Positions 46,365-56,173 of a DNA stretch of 64,000 bases are shown piece by piece (the stretch's first letter is position 1; each line of letters starts with the position of its first letter). The notes below the pieces were generated by a model. The model was not told where the DNA came from. It made no database searches and saw only the letters and a list, made by a program, of their open reading frames with translations. Made by a program: the position numbers and the translations under genes. This stretch comes from an uncultured Candidatus Saccharibacteria bacterium (GTDB taxonomy: Bacteria > Patescibacteriota > UBA1384 > XYA2-FULL-43-10 > 1-14-0-10-43-13). Location of the stretch: positions 17,192 through 81,191 of the forward strand of contig CAZGWE010000003.1 of NCBI GenBank assembly GCA_964529405.1, written 5' to 3'.

Positions 46365-47246
46365 ATGAAAAAAATACGTAAAGCCGTCGTTCCTGCTGCG
46401 GGGTACGGAACAAGATTTTTGCCCGCTTCAAAAGCTATGCCGAAAGAAATGCTGCCAATTGTTGACAAACCGGTTATCCAATATGTCGTCGAGGAGCTGG
46501 CTGAGGCTGGGATAGAGCAGATTATCATTGTTACCGGTTGGCACAAGAGAGCGATTGAAGACCATTTTGACCGCCATCTGGAGCTTGAGCACAAACTCGA
46601 GACAGCCGGAAAAGAAGCGCAGTTAAAAACGATCCGCGACTTATCGAACCTGGCAGAATTTGTTTATGTCAGGCAGAAAGAAGCGCGCGGCAACGGCGAC
46701 GCGATTTTAACGGCCAAGAATATCATCGGCAACGAGCCTTTTGTTGTGCTTTGGGGCGATGACTTTATTGTGGCTGAACCGTCCCGCACCAGACAGCTGA
46801 TCGAGGCTTACAACAAATACGGCACGACCATCGCCGCCGGCATCCGGACCAGCAAACCCGAAGATTATAAACGTTACGGCTACGTCAAGGGCGAAGAGAT
46901 CGAACCCGGCATCATCAAAATCTCCGAATTGGTCGAAAAACCGGGACCGAAAAATCCCCCCTCCAATCTGGCCGTCGTCTCCGGTTTTGTTTTCCCGCCG
47001 GAGATCTTTAATGCCCTGGAATACTATGAAACCGAAATCGGCCAGGAACTGGTCTGGGTTGACGGCGTCAATGTGCTTCGAGATCAGGGCCAGGATGCTT
47101 ATGCCACTGAAATCAAGAGCGGCAAATATTATGACTGCGGCAACATTACAGAGTATTTGAAAACCAATGTTGAGATGGCTTTGCGCCGCGACGATATTAA
47201 TGGCGAATTCAAAAAATTCATCAAAGAAACAGCACGGGGATTGTAA
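46365..47246 (+). CDS. galU: UTP--glucose-1-phosphate uridylyltransferase
   Basis: KAVVPAAGYGTRFLPASKAMPKEMLP, VEKP, YDCG. Confidence 0.93.
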   Translation: MKKIRKAVVPAAGYGTRFLPASKAMPKEMLPIVDKPVIQYVVEELAEAGIEQIIIVTGWHKRAIEDHFDRHLELEHKLETAGKEAQLKTIRDLSNLAEFVYVRQKEARGNGDAILTAKNIIGNEPFVVLWGDDFIVAEPSRTRQLIEAYNKYGTTIAAGIRTSKPEDYKRYGYVKGEEIEPGIIKISELVEKPGPKNPPSNLAVVSGFVFPPEIFNALEYYETEIGQELVWVDGVNVLRDQGQDAYATEIKSGKYYDCGNITEYLKTNVEMALRRDDINGEFKKFIKETARGL

Positions 47247-47326
47247 GTTTATAAAGTTATTAAAGTTTGTAAGGTTTATAAAGTTCGTAAAGTAAAACAG
47301 TAATTACCATTGAACTTTATAAACTT
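47245..47326. repeat. 9-mer tandem repeat with inverted terminal copy
   Basis: GTTTATAAA GTTATTAAA GTTTGTAAG GTTTATAAA GTTCGTAAA; AACTTTATAAACTT at 47313-47326. Confidence 0.8.
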
Positions 47327-47339
47327 AAGGCGGAGGGAC

Positions 47340-48722
47340 ATGTCCTCTTTTAAACAGGTTTGGAAAATCAGTAAATATATCGCCTGCGCGATTATTTTTT
47401 CGATTGCCCTCTCCGGTTGCACCCTGACGGGCAAAAAGCAGACAACCGATGCCGATGCCAAAAAAATCGTCGTCTGGAGTTTTGAAGAGGAGGACGTCTG
47501 GAAGCAGGTTATTAAAGATTTTCAGAACCAGGCCAAAGATTACGCCATCACCTATGAAAAGCAAACTTTTGATGCCAATTATGAAAACCGGGTTTTGAAT
47601 TCTATGCTGGCCGGCCAGGGTCCCGATGTCTGGGCTATGCCGAATGACTGGGTTTATCGCCACAAAGAAAAGCTCTATCCGATGCCAGACTCCCTAGCCA
47701 AAACGGTCAATTTGGACAACCAATACGTGCCCTCGGTCAAACAATCAGTTTTATTTGATAACAAAATTTATGCCCTAACTCCCTCGGTTGAACCACTGAT
47801 GGTTTTTTACAATTATAAAATGTTTGATTCCCGGCTGGCCGAACTGAAAAAATCAACCAAAGACAAGACGGAAACCGACAAATACAATTCGCTGCTTAAA
47901 GAAGTACCAAAAACCTGGACCGATTTTGCCGAAGCGGCTAATTTCCTGACGATTAAAAACGGCGAGAACATAACCACTTCGGGGGTCGTCCTGGGCACGG
48001 CCAATATTGCCAACGCCAGCGACATTCTCTATTTTCTGATGGCACAGAACGAAACCGACATCCTGACCGCGGATTATTCTCTGGCCACCTTTAACCTGCC
48101 CAAAAACACCGCCACCGGAGAAAACGATACTCCCGGACAAAGGGCGCTGGAGTTTTACGCCTCCTTTGCCGATCCTAATTCCCAAAATTACACCTGGAGC
48201 GATTCGCTCGGCAACGATCTGGAAGCGTTTGGCGCCGGCAAGGCTGCTATGATCCTGGGTTACTCCAGCCTTCAAAATTACCTGGCGCAAAAGTATCCGA
48301 ATTTGCAATACAAAAAAGCCTTTATGCCCCAGGTTGACCAGGATTCGGAAAAAATTACCGATTTTGCCCGTTTCACCGCTTTCGGCGTTAACCGGCTGTC
48401 CAAAAATCCGGGGGCGGCATGGACATTAGTCAATACGCTCGGCACAAAAAGCTCCAACGCTTTCAGTTCTGCCACCAAAACATATACCTCCAAAAAACAG
48501 CAGGGTATCAACACGTCCATCACCAAAAGAACTGGCAACAGTCCGGAGAAGACGGCCGTGGCCATTGCCAAAACGCTAGTCAAAGGCCGTTATCCGATCG
48601 AATTCGACCGTTACATCAGAGCAGCCGCCGAAAATGTTAACGATGGCAACCAAGACCCGAAGTCGGCTCTCGACCTTGCCGCCAGCACCATTACTGAATT
48701 ACTAAGAAAGAAGGACTGGTAA
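47340..48722 (+). CDS. Sugar-type extracellular solute-binding lipoprotein (no adjacent permease)
   Basis: Lipobox LSGC, GPDVW, P.TW.DF, F..GKAAM; GGAGGG RBS. Confidence 0.88.
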   Translation: MSSFKQVWKISKYIACAIIFSIALSGCTLTGKKQTTDADAKKIVVWSFEEEDVWKQVIKDFQNQAKDYAITYEKQTFDANYENRVLNSMLAGQGPDVWAMPNDWVYRHKEKLYPMPDSLAKTVNLDNQYVPSVKQSVLFDNKIYALTPSVEPLMVFYNYKMFDSRLAELKKSTKDKTETDKYNSLLKEVPKTWTDFAEAANFLTIKNGENITTSGVVLGTANIANASDILYFLMAQNETDILTADYSLATFNLPKNTATGENDTPGQRALEFYASFADPNSQNYTWSDSLGNDLEAFGAGKAAMILGYSSLQNYLAQKYPNLQYKKAFMPQVDQDSEKITDFARFTAFGVNRLSKNPGAAWTLVNTLGTKSSNAFSSATKTYTSKKQQGINTSITKRTGNSPEKTAVAIAKTLVKGRYPIEFDRYIRAAAENVNDGNQDPKSALDLAASTITELLRKKDW

Positions 48723-48742
48723 AGTTAGCCAAAGATATTTTT

Positions 48743-49096
48743 ATGCTCAATAATCAACGCTACGCAATAATATTTCCAAAAGCCCTGGCTGCCGACGACA
48801 AGCTTAAGGTCGGCGTGCCGGTCAAAAACGGCCAGGAAACTTACACCGGTTCCAAGAGCAACCCCATTTATCAGCAATATATGTCCGACCTCTACTCCTT
48901 TGCCATTATTCTCGGCGCCTCTTTAGCCACCCTAATGATTGTTTACGCCGGATATAAATATATGACCTCGCAGGGTAATCAAACCGCTCTCAATGATGCC
49001 AAAGAGGTCCTGACCGGAGCACTGCTCGGTTTAGCCATACTTCTGCTGATTCGAGTCATTTTAAATTTTCTAGCCATGCCCGATGTGACGAGTTAA
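48743..49096 (+). CDS. TrbC/VirB2-like pilin
   Basis: Two TM helices flanking GYKYMTSQGN....AKEVLTGALLG. Confidence 0.8.
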   Translation: MLNNQRYAIIFPKALAADDKLKVGVPVKNGQETYTGSKSNPIYQQYMSDLYSFAIILGASLATLMIVYAGYKYMTSQGNQTALNDAKEVLTGALLGLAILLLIRVILNFLAMPDVTS

Positions 49097-49100
49097 TACT

Positions 49101-52100
49101 ATGTTCCACCTAAAGAACCTTCGGAAATTTACCCGCCTCTCCGTCTTTGCCGGAGCATCTTTGCTGCTGTTTTTTATTGTTGCCTTCAGTTATAATAATT
49201 TTTTTGCCGGCGCCGATACGGAAATTTCAGTCTATTGCCGCAACAACACCGTCATTAACCCCAATTGCGACGAAGACCACTTCGTTGTTTTTAATATTCA
49301 AAAATATTTGACCGACCCCGAGGCAATCAAAAAAGTCGCGGCCTTGGACGGATACCTTTTAGACAACGGCAGAGACGCCAAAATGCCGGTCGGGCTAGAA
49401 CCCGATGAAATTGACGACATTTACGATCAGAACGGCAAACAGGTCGGCGACGGCTACAAGGCCTGGTCGGCTGTCAAAAGGCTCTACCAGACAGTTGCTT
49501 CAGCCGCTGCCCGGGACAAAAACTCGGTCAACCAGGGTTTGGCCAACCGTTCCATCCAGGAGATAGACCGCCGGATAAGCACGAGCTTGGCCAGCTACCA
49601 GCAAAGCGGTGACAAATTTGTCGTTTACAATGTCTCTAAACACATTAGAAAAAAGGCTGACCGGGAAGCTTTGGCCGCTTTTCTGAAGGCAAACGACATT
49701 GGTTTTATCAGCTATGACACAAACGCCGATATTGCCAATCTCTATCCGACTATCAGCGATTCCATTATTGGTGATATTAAGCTCGACAGCCTCAATCTGG
49801 CTGTTTGGAAAAATATTGCCACCCTTTACAAAGCGGTTAACGCCAGCGCCAAAACGCGGCCCGCTGAAGCCGAAAACGATATCGGCCAATCCCGCATGTC
49901 TTACGACGCAATCAACGCCAAAACCGCCGGGTACAAGCCTTCGACCAGCGGCTACGAACGCGTCACCGAAAACGGCCAAGAATATTTCCTCATCGGCAAC
50001 TATTCAAAGTGGCTCTCAAAAGATGATTTGAAACAAATCCAGGAAAATGATGCTCTCTTTGCCGGCAAAACGATCCGCAACGCCTTTACCGGCCAATTTA
50101 TCAAGCTGCCCGTTAGTATCAACCCCGAAAGCGACATTTCATCCGGGCATACGCCACTGACAAATTCTATCGCCGGAAAGGTCGTTTCAATTTACCAGGT
50201 CGTCTTCAATGCCGGCGAAGCCACCGATAAGGATGTTGACGACTCGAAGGCCTCTATCGAGAGTTTGGGCCGGTTTATCAGCGATTACTATGCGCAGAGG
50301 GGATGCGATAACGCCAACTACTCTTTCGGCCTTAGCGGCAGCAATGTTATGATTTGCGACTTTTCCAAGAAACTTAGCAAGAGCTCTTACATGGCAATCA
50401 ACCAGCTGGTTGTCCATATCAAACAGGTTGCAGGCAAAGAACTGCCGATTGTCGCCGTCAACGATAATTCAATCAAATCCGATTCTGTCACCATCCCCAG
50501 GGTCTATGGCGCCGGCAACGTCGTCATTTACGACAACAACGACAAGAAGGGTTGGCAAGCGGTCGTTGAACTTTACCGCTATATTTTCAACAATGCCCGC
50601 GACGATCAGGCAGAATTGAAAAGCGATGTCGCTGCCTCCATTAACACTATTGAAGATAGTGCAAAAAACCCGCCGGTTTATGTTCTTCTCGGCACCGGCA
50701 AAGGCAATAAATGCGAACAGGGAGACAGCCACTGCCAGCTCCAGGTTTTTAAGAGTTTCGCTTCATGCAAAAATTTAAAACAGGGCGATGACCAAAATAT
50801 AACGGTTGATGATATGTCATGTATCATTAGTAATCCTGGCGACAACAATGGCGAGTATTTTGAACCGAAAGAAAATTCCAAAGCCCGCAACCTACTCAAA
50901 GCCGTTCTGGCAGCAACCACAAATGCCGATGATAAAGTAATAATCCAAGCGTTTCTTGACGATTATGAGTCGCAGTTTCTTGGCGAGAGTAGCGACGGCA
51001 ATGTTAGACTCGCTGCACCGAAGCTATTGAAACAAACTAGCCCTGACGGGCTGAGCGGATTCCAGAATTACGGCGCTAATGTACCGCTCAAATATAATAT
51101 CGATATAAATGAATCTCTCACTAGAAAATTGGCTGCGTCTGGGAATGATTATAAACTCGGAATATCTGCCTATGTCAGCAATGGCTCAAATGCTGACGGC
51201 AGGCTCATTGGAGTATCAGAAGCAAAAAACAGTGGAGAAATTATTTGGAATGCAAACGCCTCGAGTGACCCTGATCTTAAATCTTACGTTGAAATTGGCA
51301 AGCATAAATTTACAACAGTACTTTTTGCTTATGATCAGACGGTAGGACTACCGTCTTCCGGCGATCAAGCCGTAGAACCCGACAATGTATATAGTAAGCT
51401 CGGGTATGACTTCGAAATTGTCGGTCCCAATGGTGAACGCGACCCCTCGCAGGTACTCAGCGACAATCCAGATTCATGTACCGGCGGGAAGATTTCTATC
51501 GTTGCTCCCAGTATTGTCAAGCCGGCAAACACCGCCAACATTACCGCAAATGTAACGCCGCCAAAAGTCAGCCGATCAGACGGAGCTACAGACATCTTTG
51601 AAATCTCTATCTCTATTAACAAGTCTCCTCTCGGCACAAAACCGGAAGATTTGCCAAAACCGGAGACAGTTACTAACTGGTCTCTAAAAACCAGGGGCGA
51701 TTTCAGCAATAGTACACAAACTCCTCAAAAAGTCTCAATAGACGACGCTCACGCCTGGCCCAATCCAACGTCTGATGAGGGTATCCATTACATTAAAGTT
51801 CAAACATTTACGGTTATAGACGGAGCAAAATATTGTACTGGCGTCGCCTACAAAGCAATCACCTTAGACAAAGCAGCTCCAGAAGATAAGTGTAGATTAG
51901 TTGGCGGCAAAAAGGTCTGCGATGGCGATGAAGAAGCCGGGGCGCCCTCCCGACCGGCTTTGCCGGCTGGCGAGGGTTCATCCATTGGAACGCTCCCTGA
52001 TTTAGTTAACCGGATTATCGATATTTTCTTCTCTGTCATCGGAGCCCTGGCCGTGCTTGGTAATGTCATTGGTGGTATTATGTACCTGACAGCCGGAGGA

Positions 52101-52235
52101 GATAGCGGCAAGGCCGAGAAGGCCAAAAAAGCGGTTCTTTACTCCTCCATCGCAGTCATTATCGCCGTTACGGCCTACGTCATCTTGCATGCGTCCGTCG
52201 GAACCATTAATCAGATTATTACCGGGAGAAAATGA
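49101..52235 (+). CDS. Giant secreted protein with a C-terminal TrbC/VirB2-like pilin domain
   Basis: N-terminal signal/TM, four degenerate repeats, beta-rich domains, C-terminal GIMYLTAGGD..KAEKAKKAVLYSSIA. Confidence 0.8.
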   Translation: MFHLKNLRKFTRLSVFAGASLLLFFIVAFSYNNFFAGADTEISVYCRNNTVINPNCDEDHFVVFNIQKYLTDPEAIKKVAALDGYLLDNGRDAKMPVGLEPDEIDDIYDQNGKQVGDGYKAWSAVKRLYQTVASAAARDKNSVNQGLANRSIQEIDRRISTSLASYQQSGDKFVVYNVSKHIRKKADREALAAFLKANDIGFISYDTNADIANLYPTISDSIIGDIKLDSLNLAVWKNIATLYKAVNASAKTRPAEAENDIGQSRMSYDAINAKTAGYKPSTSGYERVTENGQEYFLIGNYSKWLSKDDLKQIQENDALFAGKTIRNAFTGQFIKLPVSINPESDISSGHTPLTNSIAGKVVSIYQVVFNAGEATDKDVDDSKASIESLGRFISDYYAQRGCDNANYSFGLSGSNVMICDFSKKLSKSSYMAINQLVVHIKQVAGKELPIVAVNDNSIKSDSVTIPRVYGAGNVVIYDNNDKKGWQAVVELYRYIFNNARDDQAELKSDVAASINTIEDSAKNPPVYVLLGTGKGNKCEQGDSHCQLQVFKSFASCKNLKQGDDQNITVDDMSCIISNPGDNNGEYFEPKENSKARNLLKAVLAATTNADDKVIIQAFLDDYESQFLGESSDGNVRLAAPKLLKQTSPDGLSGFQNYGANVPLKYNIDINESLTRKLAASGNDYKLGISAYVSNGSNADGRLIGVSEAKNSGEIIWNANASSDPDLKSYVEIGKHKFTTVLFAYDQTVGLPSSGDQAVEPDNVYSKLGYDFEIVGPNGERDPSQVLSDNPDSCTGGKISIVAPSIVKPANTANITANVTPPKVSRSDGATDIFEISISINKSPLGTKPEDLPKPETVTNWSLKTRGDFSNSTQTPQKVSIDDAHAWPNPTSDEGIHYIKVQTFTVIDGAKYCTGVAYKAITLDKAAPEDKCRLVGGKKVCDGDEEAGAPSRPALPAGEGSSIGTLPDLVNRIIDIFFSVIGALAVLGNVIGGIMYLTAGGDSGKAEKAKKAVLYSSIAVIIAVTAYVILHASVGTINQIITGRK

Positions 52236-52558
52236 GCAGCCGTTTAATCGAAAAAATATTTGCAGCCAAAACACCGACAACAATCTGGAATGGTGGTTCC
52301 TTTAACGGTGCCGATCCCAACAAAGGCTTGGGCGATATCAAGAACTTTATTGACGACACTGTAACAGTTGCGTTAAATGCTGCCATTGTGGTAGCATTGT
52401 TAATGATATTATATGCATCATTTCAATATGCGATGTCCTACGGGGACGAGAACAAGGCAGAGACTGCTAAAAAAACTCTCATCTGGTCGATCGTAGGATT
52501 AGCTGTCGTTGCCGTAGCTCGAACTGCAGTTAGCCTGCTTAAAAAAGAATTGAGCTAG
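52232..52558 (+). CDS. TrbC/VirB2-like pilin
   Basis: SFQYAMSYGDENKAETAKKTLIWSIVG between two TM helices. Confidence 0.8.
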   Translation: MSSRLIEKIFAAKTPTTIWNGGSFNGADPNKGLGDIKNFIDDTVTVALNAAIVVALLMILYASFQYAMSYGDENKAETAKKTLIWSIVGLAVVAVARTAVSLLKKELS

Positions 52559-52569
52559 AGCTGGGGCAA

Positions 52570-52618
52570 TCTTCGAACGAAGCGAGAACTTCGCGGGTTT
52601 TTCACTATCGTTCGAAGA
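52570..52618. other. Intercistronic stem-loop before the last pilin
   Basis: TCTTCGAACGA / TCGTTCGAAGA 11-bp stem. Confidence 0.65.
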
Positions 52619-52641
52619 AACAACTTAAAAGAGGAGGAGAA

Positions 52642-52968
52642 ATGAACTTAGTAGAAAGAGCGTTCGCAGAATTGTCCGGCAGCGGTACTAGTATTTCAAT
52701 AAACCCTGATACTGACACTGCCCCAACAAGCATTCAAGATTTCATTTTCAGTGCGATAAGTAATGTTATCATTCCAATCGCAGGCGCAATTGCCGTCCTT
52801 TATTTAATCTACTCAGGCATTCTTTATCTTACTGCCGCTGGTAATCCGGACGCAGCTAAGAAGGGACAGCAGGGTGTTGTTAATGCTATTATCGGTATAA
52901 TAATTATTGCTCTATCTTATGTAATCATTAAAGCAGTTTCTGGCACAGTCGGCGGAACAACAATTTAA
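52642..52968 (+). CDS. TrbC/VirB2-like pilin
   Basis: GILYLTAAGNPDAAKKGQQGVVNAIIG; strong GAGGAGGAG RBS. Confidence 0.85.
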   Translation: MNLVERAFAELSGSGTSISINPDTDTAPTSIQDFIFSAISNVIIPIAGAIAVLYLIYSGILYLTAAGNPDAAKKGQQGVVNAIIGIIIIALSYVIIKAVSGTVGGTTI

Positions 52969-52977
52969 ATATAAATC

Positions 52978-53022
52978 AAAGCCGCCTTATTTCTAGAAAT
53001 AGATTTAGGAGCGGCTTTTTTT
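52978..53022. terminator. Intrinsic terminator between convergent pilin and pilB genes
   Basis: AAAGCCGC...GCGGCTTTTTTT. Confidence 0.7.
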
Positions 53023-53035
53023 GTTTGACATGACT

Positions 53036-54688
53036 TTAGCTCTTCGTTACTCGCCAGACCTCTTCAACCGTCGTTTCGCCCTTGAGGGCCTTAATCAGGC
53101 CGTCCTGCTCCATCGTCACTATACCCTGGGCTACGGCCGCTCTTTCAAATTCCGTAATAGAGGCTGTTTTGGCCAGCAAACCCTCGATCGAGCTGTCGGG
53201 CACCAAAACTTCGATCACCACCTCGCGGCCGGAGTAGCCGGACTTGGTGCACTTGTCGCAACCCTTGCCGCGGTGCAAAAGAGGAGCGGCGCTATCAAGC
53301 AATTTAATAACATCCGGGCTAAGCCTCTTCTTGATCGGTTCCATTAACCGCTTTACCTCCTGCCAGATCTCCGGCCTCGGCGCGTATTGCTCTCTGCAGT
53401 TGGCGCAAACTTTTCTAACCAGGCGCTGGGCCATAACCAGATTAATCGAACCGGAAAGAAGATAAGGTTTGACGCCCATCTCCAGCAAACGGGCAAAGAC
53501 AGCCGGGGCCGAGTTGGCGTGGATGGTCGAAACAAGCAGGTGGCCCGTCAGAGCCGCCTGTACCGCTATTTCGGCCGTCTCGACATCGCGTATCTCGCCA
53601 ACCATTAAAACATCGGGGTCTTGGCGCAGGGAGGCTCTAAGGCCATCGGCAAACTTGTACCCGGCGGCGTTATCCACTTGGCTCTGTTCAATACCCTCAA
53701 TCCGGTATTCAACCGGGTCTTCTAAAGTGATGATTTTAATGCCCGGCTTATTTAGCGCCATTAAAATAGCATAAAGAGTCGATGATTTGCCGCTGCCGGT
53801 CGGACCGGAAGTCAAAATCATACCGTGGGGCTTGGAGATTGCTTCTCTGATCGCTGCCAAGGCTTCGTCCCGGAAGCCCAATTTATCGAGGGCCAAAATT
53901 GATTTAGCCTGGCCCAAAATCCGAATGACGATTGACTCGCCGAAAGAAGACGGCATAATCGATATGCGCAAATCAATCGTTTCATTATCAAGCTCTTTAA
54001 CTGAAAAGCGGCCGTCCTGGGGCTGGCTGGCGATATCCATACGCAGCTTTGCCAAGTATTTAATTCTGGAAATCAGCTGCTTATATCGGGGTAGAGGCAG
54101 CTTGACCACATCCTGTAAAACGCCGTCAACCCGGTATCGAACCAAAAACTCCTTCTCCTCCGGTTCCAGGTGGATATCGGAGGCTTTTGTCTTAAGAGCG
54201 CCGATAATTATGACGTCCAAAAGCTGGGTGACGCTCACTTTTTTGGCCGCGATACCGACCGAACCCAAATCGCTGATATTAATATCAAAATCTTCCTCTT
54301 TCGGCGCCACATCGCTGTTATCCTGCATTTTGGCCGCTTCCCTTTTTAACGTCTCGTAAAAAGTGATGCCGTAGAGAAAACTTGTCTGGGAAATAACGGA
54401 GATAACAAACTCCACACCCACGGTCTGGCTGTGGCGCTTCAAAAAGTCCATCGTGGCCGGGTCGGCGGGATGGACCACTCCCACCCGGACCGAGCGGCCA
54501 AGTTTGAGGTAAGGAATAACCCGGAATTGGATCGCCAAATTTTCCGGAATAGCGTCAATCACTTCTTTGGTTATGGGATAAGAGGTCAGATTGATATAGG
54601 GTAGGTTGAGCTTGTTTGCCAGCTCCCGGGTGTGATGCTCCTCCTGCTCCCGATTCAAGTGGTAAATTGTTTTTGTGATATCGGTCAT
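53036..54688 (-). CDS. pilB: Type IV pilus assembly ATPase PilB/GspE family
   Basis: ASDIHLEP, PQDGRF, GPTGSGKSST, TLEDPVE, LRQDPD..MVGEIRD, TGH, Zn CxxC pairs. Confidence 0.92.
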   Translation of the reverse strand: MTDITKTIYHLNREQEEHHTRELANKLNLPYINLTSYPITKEVIDAIPENLAIQFRVIPYLKLGRSVRVGVVHPADPATMDFLKRHSQTVGVEFVISVISQTSFLYGITFYETLKREAAKMQDNSDVAPKEEDFDINISDLGSVGIAAKKVSVTQLLDVIIIGALKTKASDIHLEPEEKEFLVRYRVDGVLQDVVKLPLPRYKQLISRIKYLAKLRMDIASQPQDGRFSVKELDNETIDLRISIMPSSFGESIVIRILGQAKSILALDKLGFRDEALAAIREAISKPHGMILTSGPTGSGKSSTLYAILMALNKPGIKIITLEDPVEYRIEGIEQSQVDNAAGYKFADGLRASLRQDPDVLMVGEIRDVETAEIAVQAALTGHLLVSTIHANSAPAVFARLLEMGVKPYLLSGSINLVMAQRLVRKVCANCREQYAPRPEIWQEVKRLMEPIKKRLSPDVIKLLDSAAPLLHRGKGCDKCTKSGYSGREVVIEVLVPDSSIEGLLAKTASITEFERAAVAQGIVTMEQDGLIKALKGETTVEEVWRVTKS

Positions 54689-54709
54689 AATAATTAGCAC
54701 TTAATTGAT

Positions 54710-54799
54710 TGGCGGAAGCGAGAGGATTCGAACCTCTGAGCCGATTGCTCGACTAACGGTTTTCGAGACCGCCACATTCGACCGCTCTGTCACGCTTCC
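54710..54799 (-). tRNA. tRNA-Ser(CGA)
   Basis: GGAAGCG acceptor, GCGGT-CTCGAAA-ACCGT anticodon arm, long variable arm, GTTCGAATC, CCA. Confidence 0.96.
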
Positions 54800-54828
54800 C
54801 CTATTCTATCACATTCGTCCCGACCGCA

Positions 54829-55704
54829 TTAACCACCTTTTTTTCTGATGGTAATGTTTACCCCGCTTTTCTTCTCCTGTTTTTTTAGGCGCCTGTCCAT
54901 AATACGGGAGACAAAATCTTTCTTTCCAGGTTTTTCCGCCTCAACTTCATGGACAATTTCTTCGACATCAACTTTGGCCACTTCTTTTGATTCCTCTTTG
55001 CGAATTTTAATATTTTTATTGACATACCATTGCTGGGAGATAATAAACAAATTGGTCACAATCCAGTAGAGAGCAAGCGCCGCCGGCACGGTCCGGCCGA
55101 TAAAAAGCGTCATAACCGGAAAGATATAAGTCATCTGTTTCATCATCATAGCAGTCATGTCCTGCTCGCCTGCTTTGCCAGTGTTAATCTGGGGCGGCAT
55201 CATCAATAGGGAAAGAACCAGCTGGGTCAGACCGGCGATAATCGGCAAAACCCACAAATCCGGCTTGGAGAGGTCGATACCCCATAAAAAGGTATTAACG
55301 CTCTCCGGATGGGGCACGAAAGAGTAAAGCAAAGAAAAACGCGAAGTATCCAGGCCGTTACGAAAGACCTGGTATAAAACAAGAATGATCGGCAGCTGGA
55401 TCAATTGGGGCAGGCAGGAACCGAAGGGCGAGACGCCTTCCTCTTTGTACAGGTTCATTAGAGCTTTGGCCTGCTCCTGCTGGTCTTTGATTTCGGCCCG
55501 GAGTTTATTGATTTTCGGCTGCAATAATTGAAGACGCATTTGAGCCCTGGCCGCTTTGAGCGAGCTGGGCAAAAGAATAATTCTGATTAAGACGGTTAGA
55601 AGAATTATCGCCCAGCCAATCGAGTGGCCCGGCACCAGCCAAGCCAAAAAAATCAATAGGTTATAGAGAGGCTGATATAAAAGCACTTTTAAAAGGTTCT
55701 TCAT
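54829..55704 (-). CDS. yidC: Membrane protein insertase YidC
   Basis: AIILLTVLIR, LQPK, LYKEEGVSP..SCLP.LIQLP, LYW. Confidence 0.95.
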   Translation of the reverse strand: MKNLLKVLLYQPLYNLLIFLAWLVPGHSIGWAIILLTVLIRIILLPSSLKAARAQMRLQLLQPKINKLRAEIKDQQEQAKALMNLYKEEGVSPFGSCLPQLIQLPIILVLYQVFRNGLDTSRFSLLYSFVPHPESVNTFLWGIDLSKPDLWVLPIIAGLTQLVLSLLMMPPQINTGKAGEQDMTAMMMKQMTYIFPVMTLFIGRTVPAALALYWIVTNLFIISQQWYVNKNIKIRKEESKEVAKVDVEEIVHEVEAEKPGKKDFVSRIMDRRLKKQEKKSGVNITIRKKGG

Positions 55705-55741
55705 AGGATATCCAGATTAATTTTTTATGTTTTGTCCGCAA

Positions 55742-55840
55742 CAAATGTCAGATAACGCAATTGATAATAGACAGTGGAAGATAGAAGCCGGATATTGAAA
55801 TTGGAAGATTTAATTATTTGAAATTTGGATTTGAGATTTA
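55742..55840. repeat. 99-bp dispersed repeat, copy A
   Basis: 92/99 identical by manual alignment to 58624-58722. Confidence 0.9.
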
Positions 55841-56065
55841 TTTAACAGGATCCATTCCCCCTTTTGAAAAAGGGTTGCACCGCAAGACTCGCCAAAACGC
55901 TAACCAGCCTCCATAAATCAGACCGTGCTTTATAATGGCTTGCCGGCCATACTCGGAGCAGTGGGGTTGATACCTGCAATAGCCACCCCGACGTTCGAAC
56001 CAACCCGAGTCCAAAGACAACGTCCGCTGATAAATTTCTATTAGTTTAATGACCAACTGTTTCAT
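55838..56065 (-). CDS. yidD: Membrane protein insertion efficiency factor
   Basis: CRYQPHCSEY, RVLRCNPFSKGG.DPV. Confidence 0.95.
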   Translation of the reverse strand: MKQLVIKLIEIYQRTLSLDSGWFERRGGYCRYQPHCSEYGRQAIIKHGLIYGGWLAFWRVLRCNPFSKGGMDPVK

Positions 56066-56074
56066 TATTTATTT

Positions 56075-56173
56075 TTGATGATAGACAGTAGAAGATGGAA
56101 GATAGAATTTGAGGTTGGATGATGGAAATTGGAGTCTAGCTTCTAATCTCCAGTTTCTATTGTCTATCATCAA
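56075..56173. repeat. Heptamer-periodic long hairpin related to the 99-bp repeat
   Basis: TTGATGATAGACAGTAGAAGATGGAAGATAGAA / TTCTAATCTCCAGTTTCTATTGTCTATCATCAA. Confidence 0.8.

Noticed and set aside
47245-47326. Short repeats as a CRISPR array
   Set aside because: No unique spacers or regular 60-75 nt period, and no cas genes; the same applies to all other repeats in the window.
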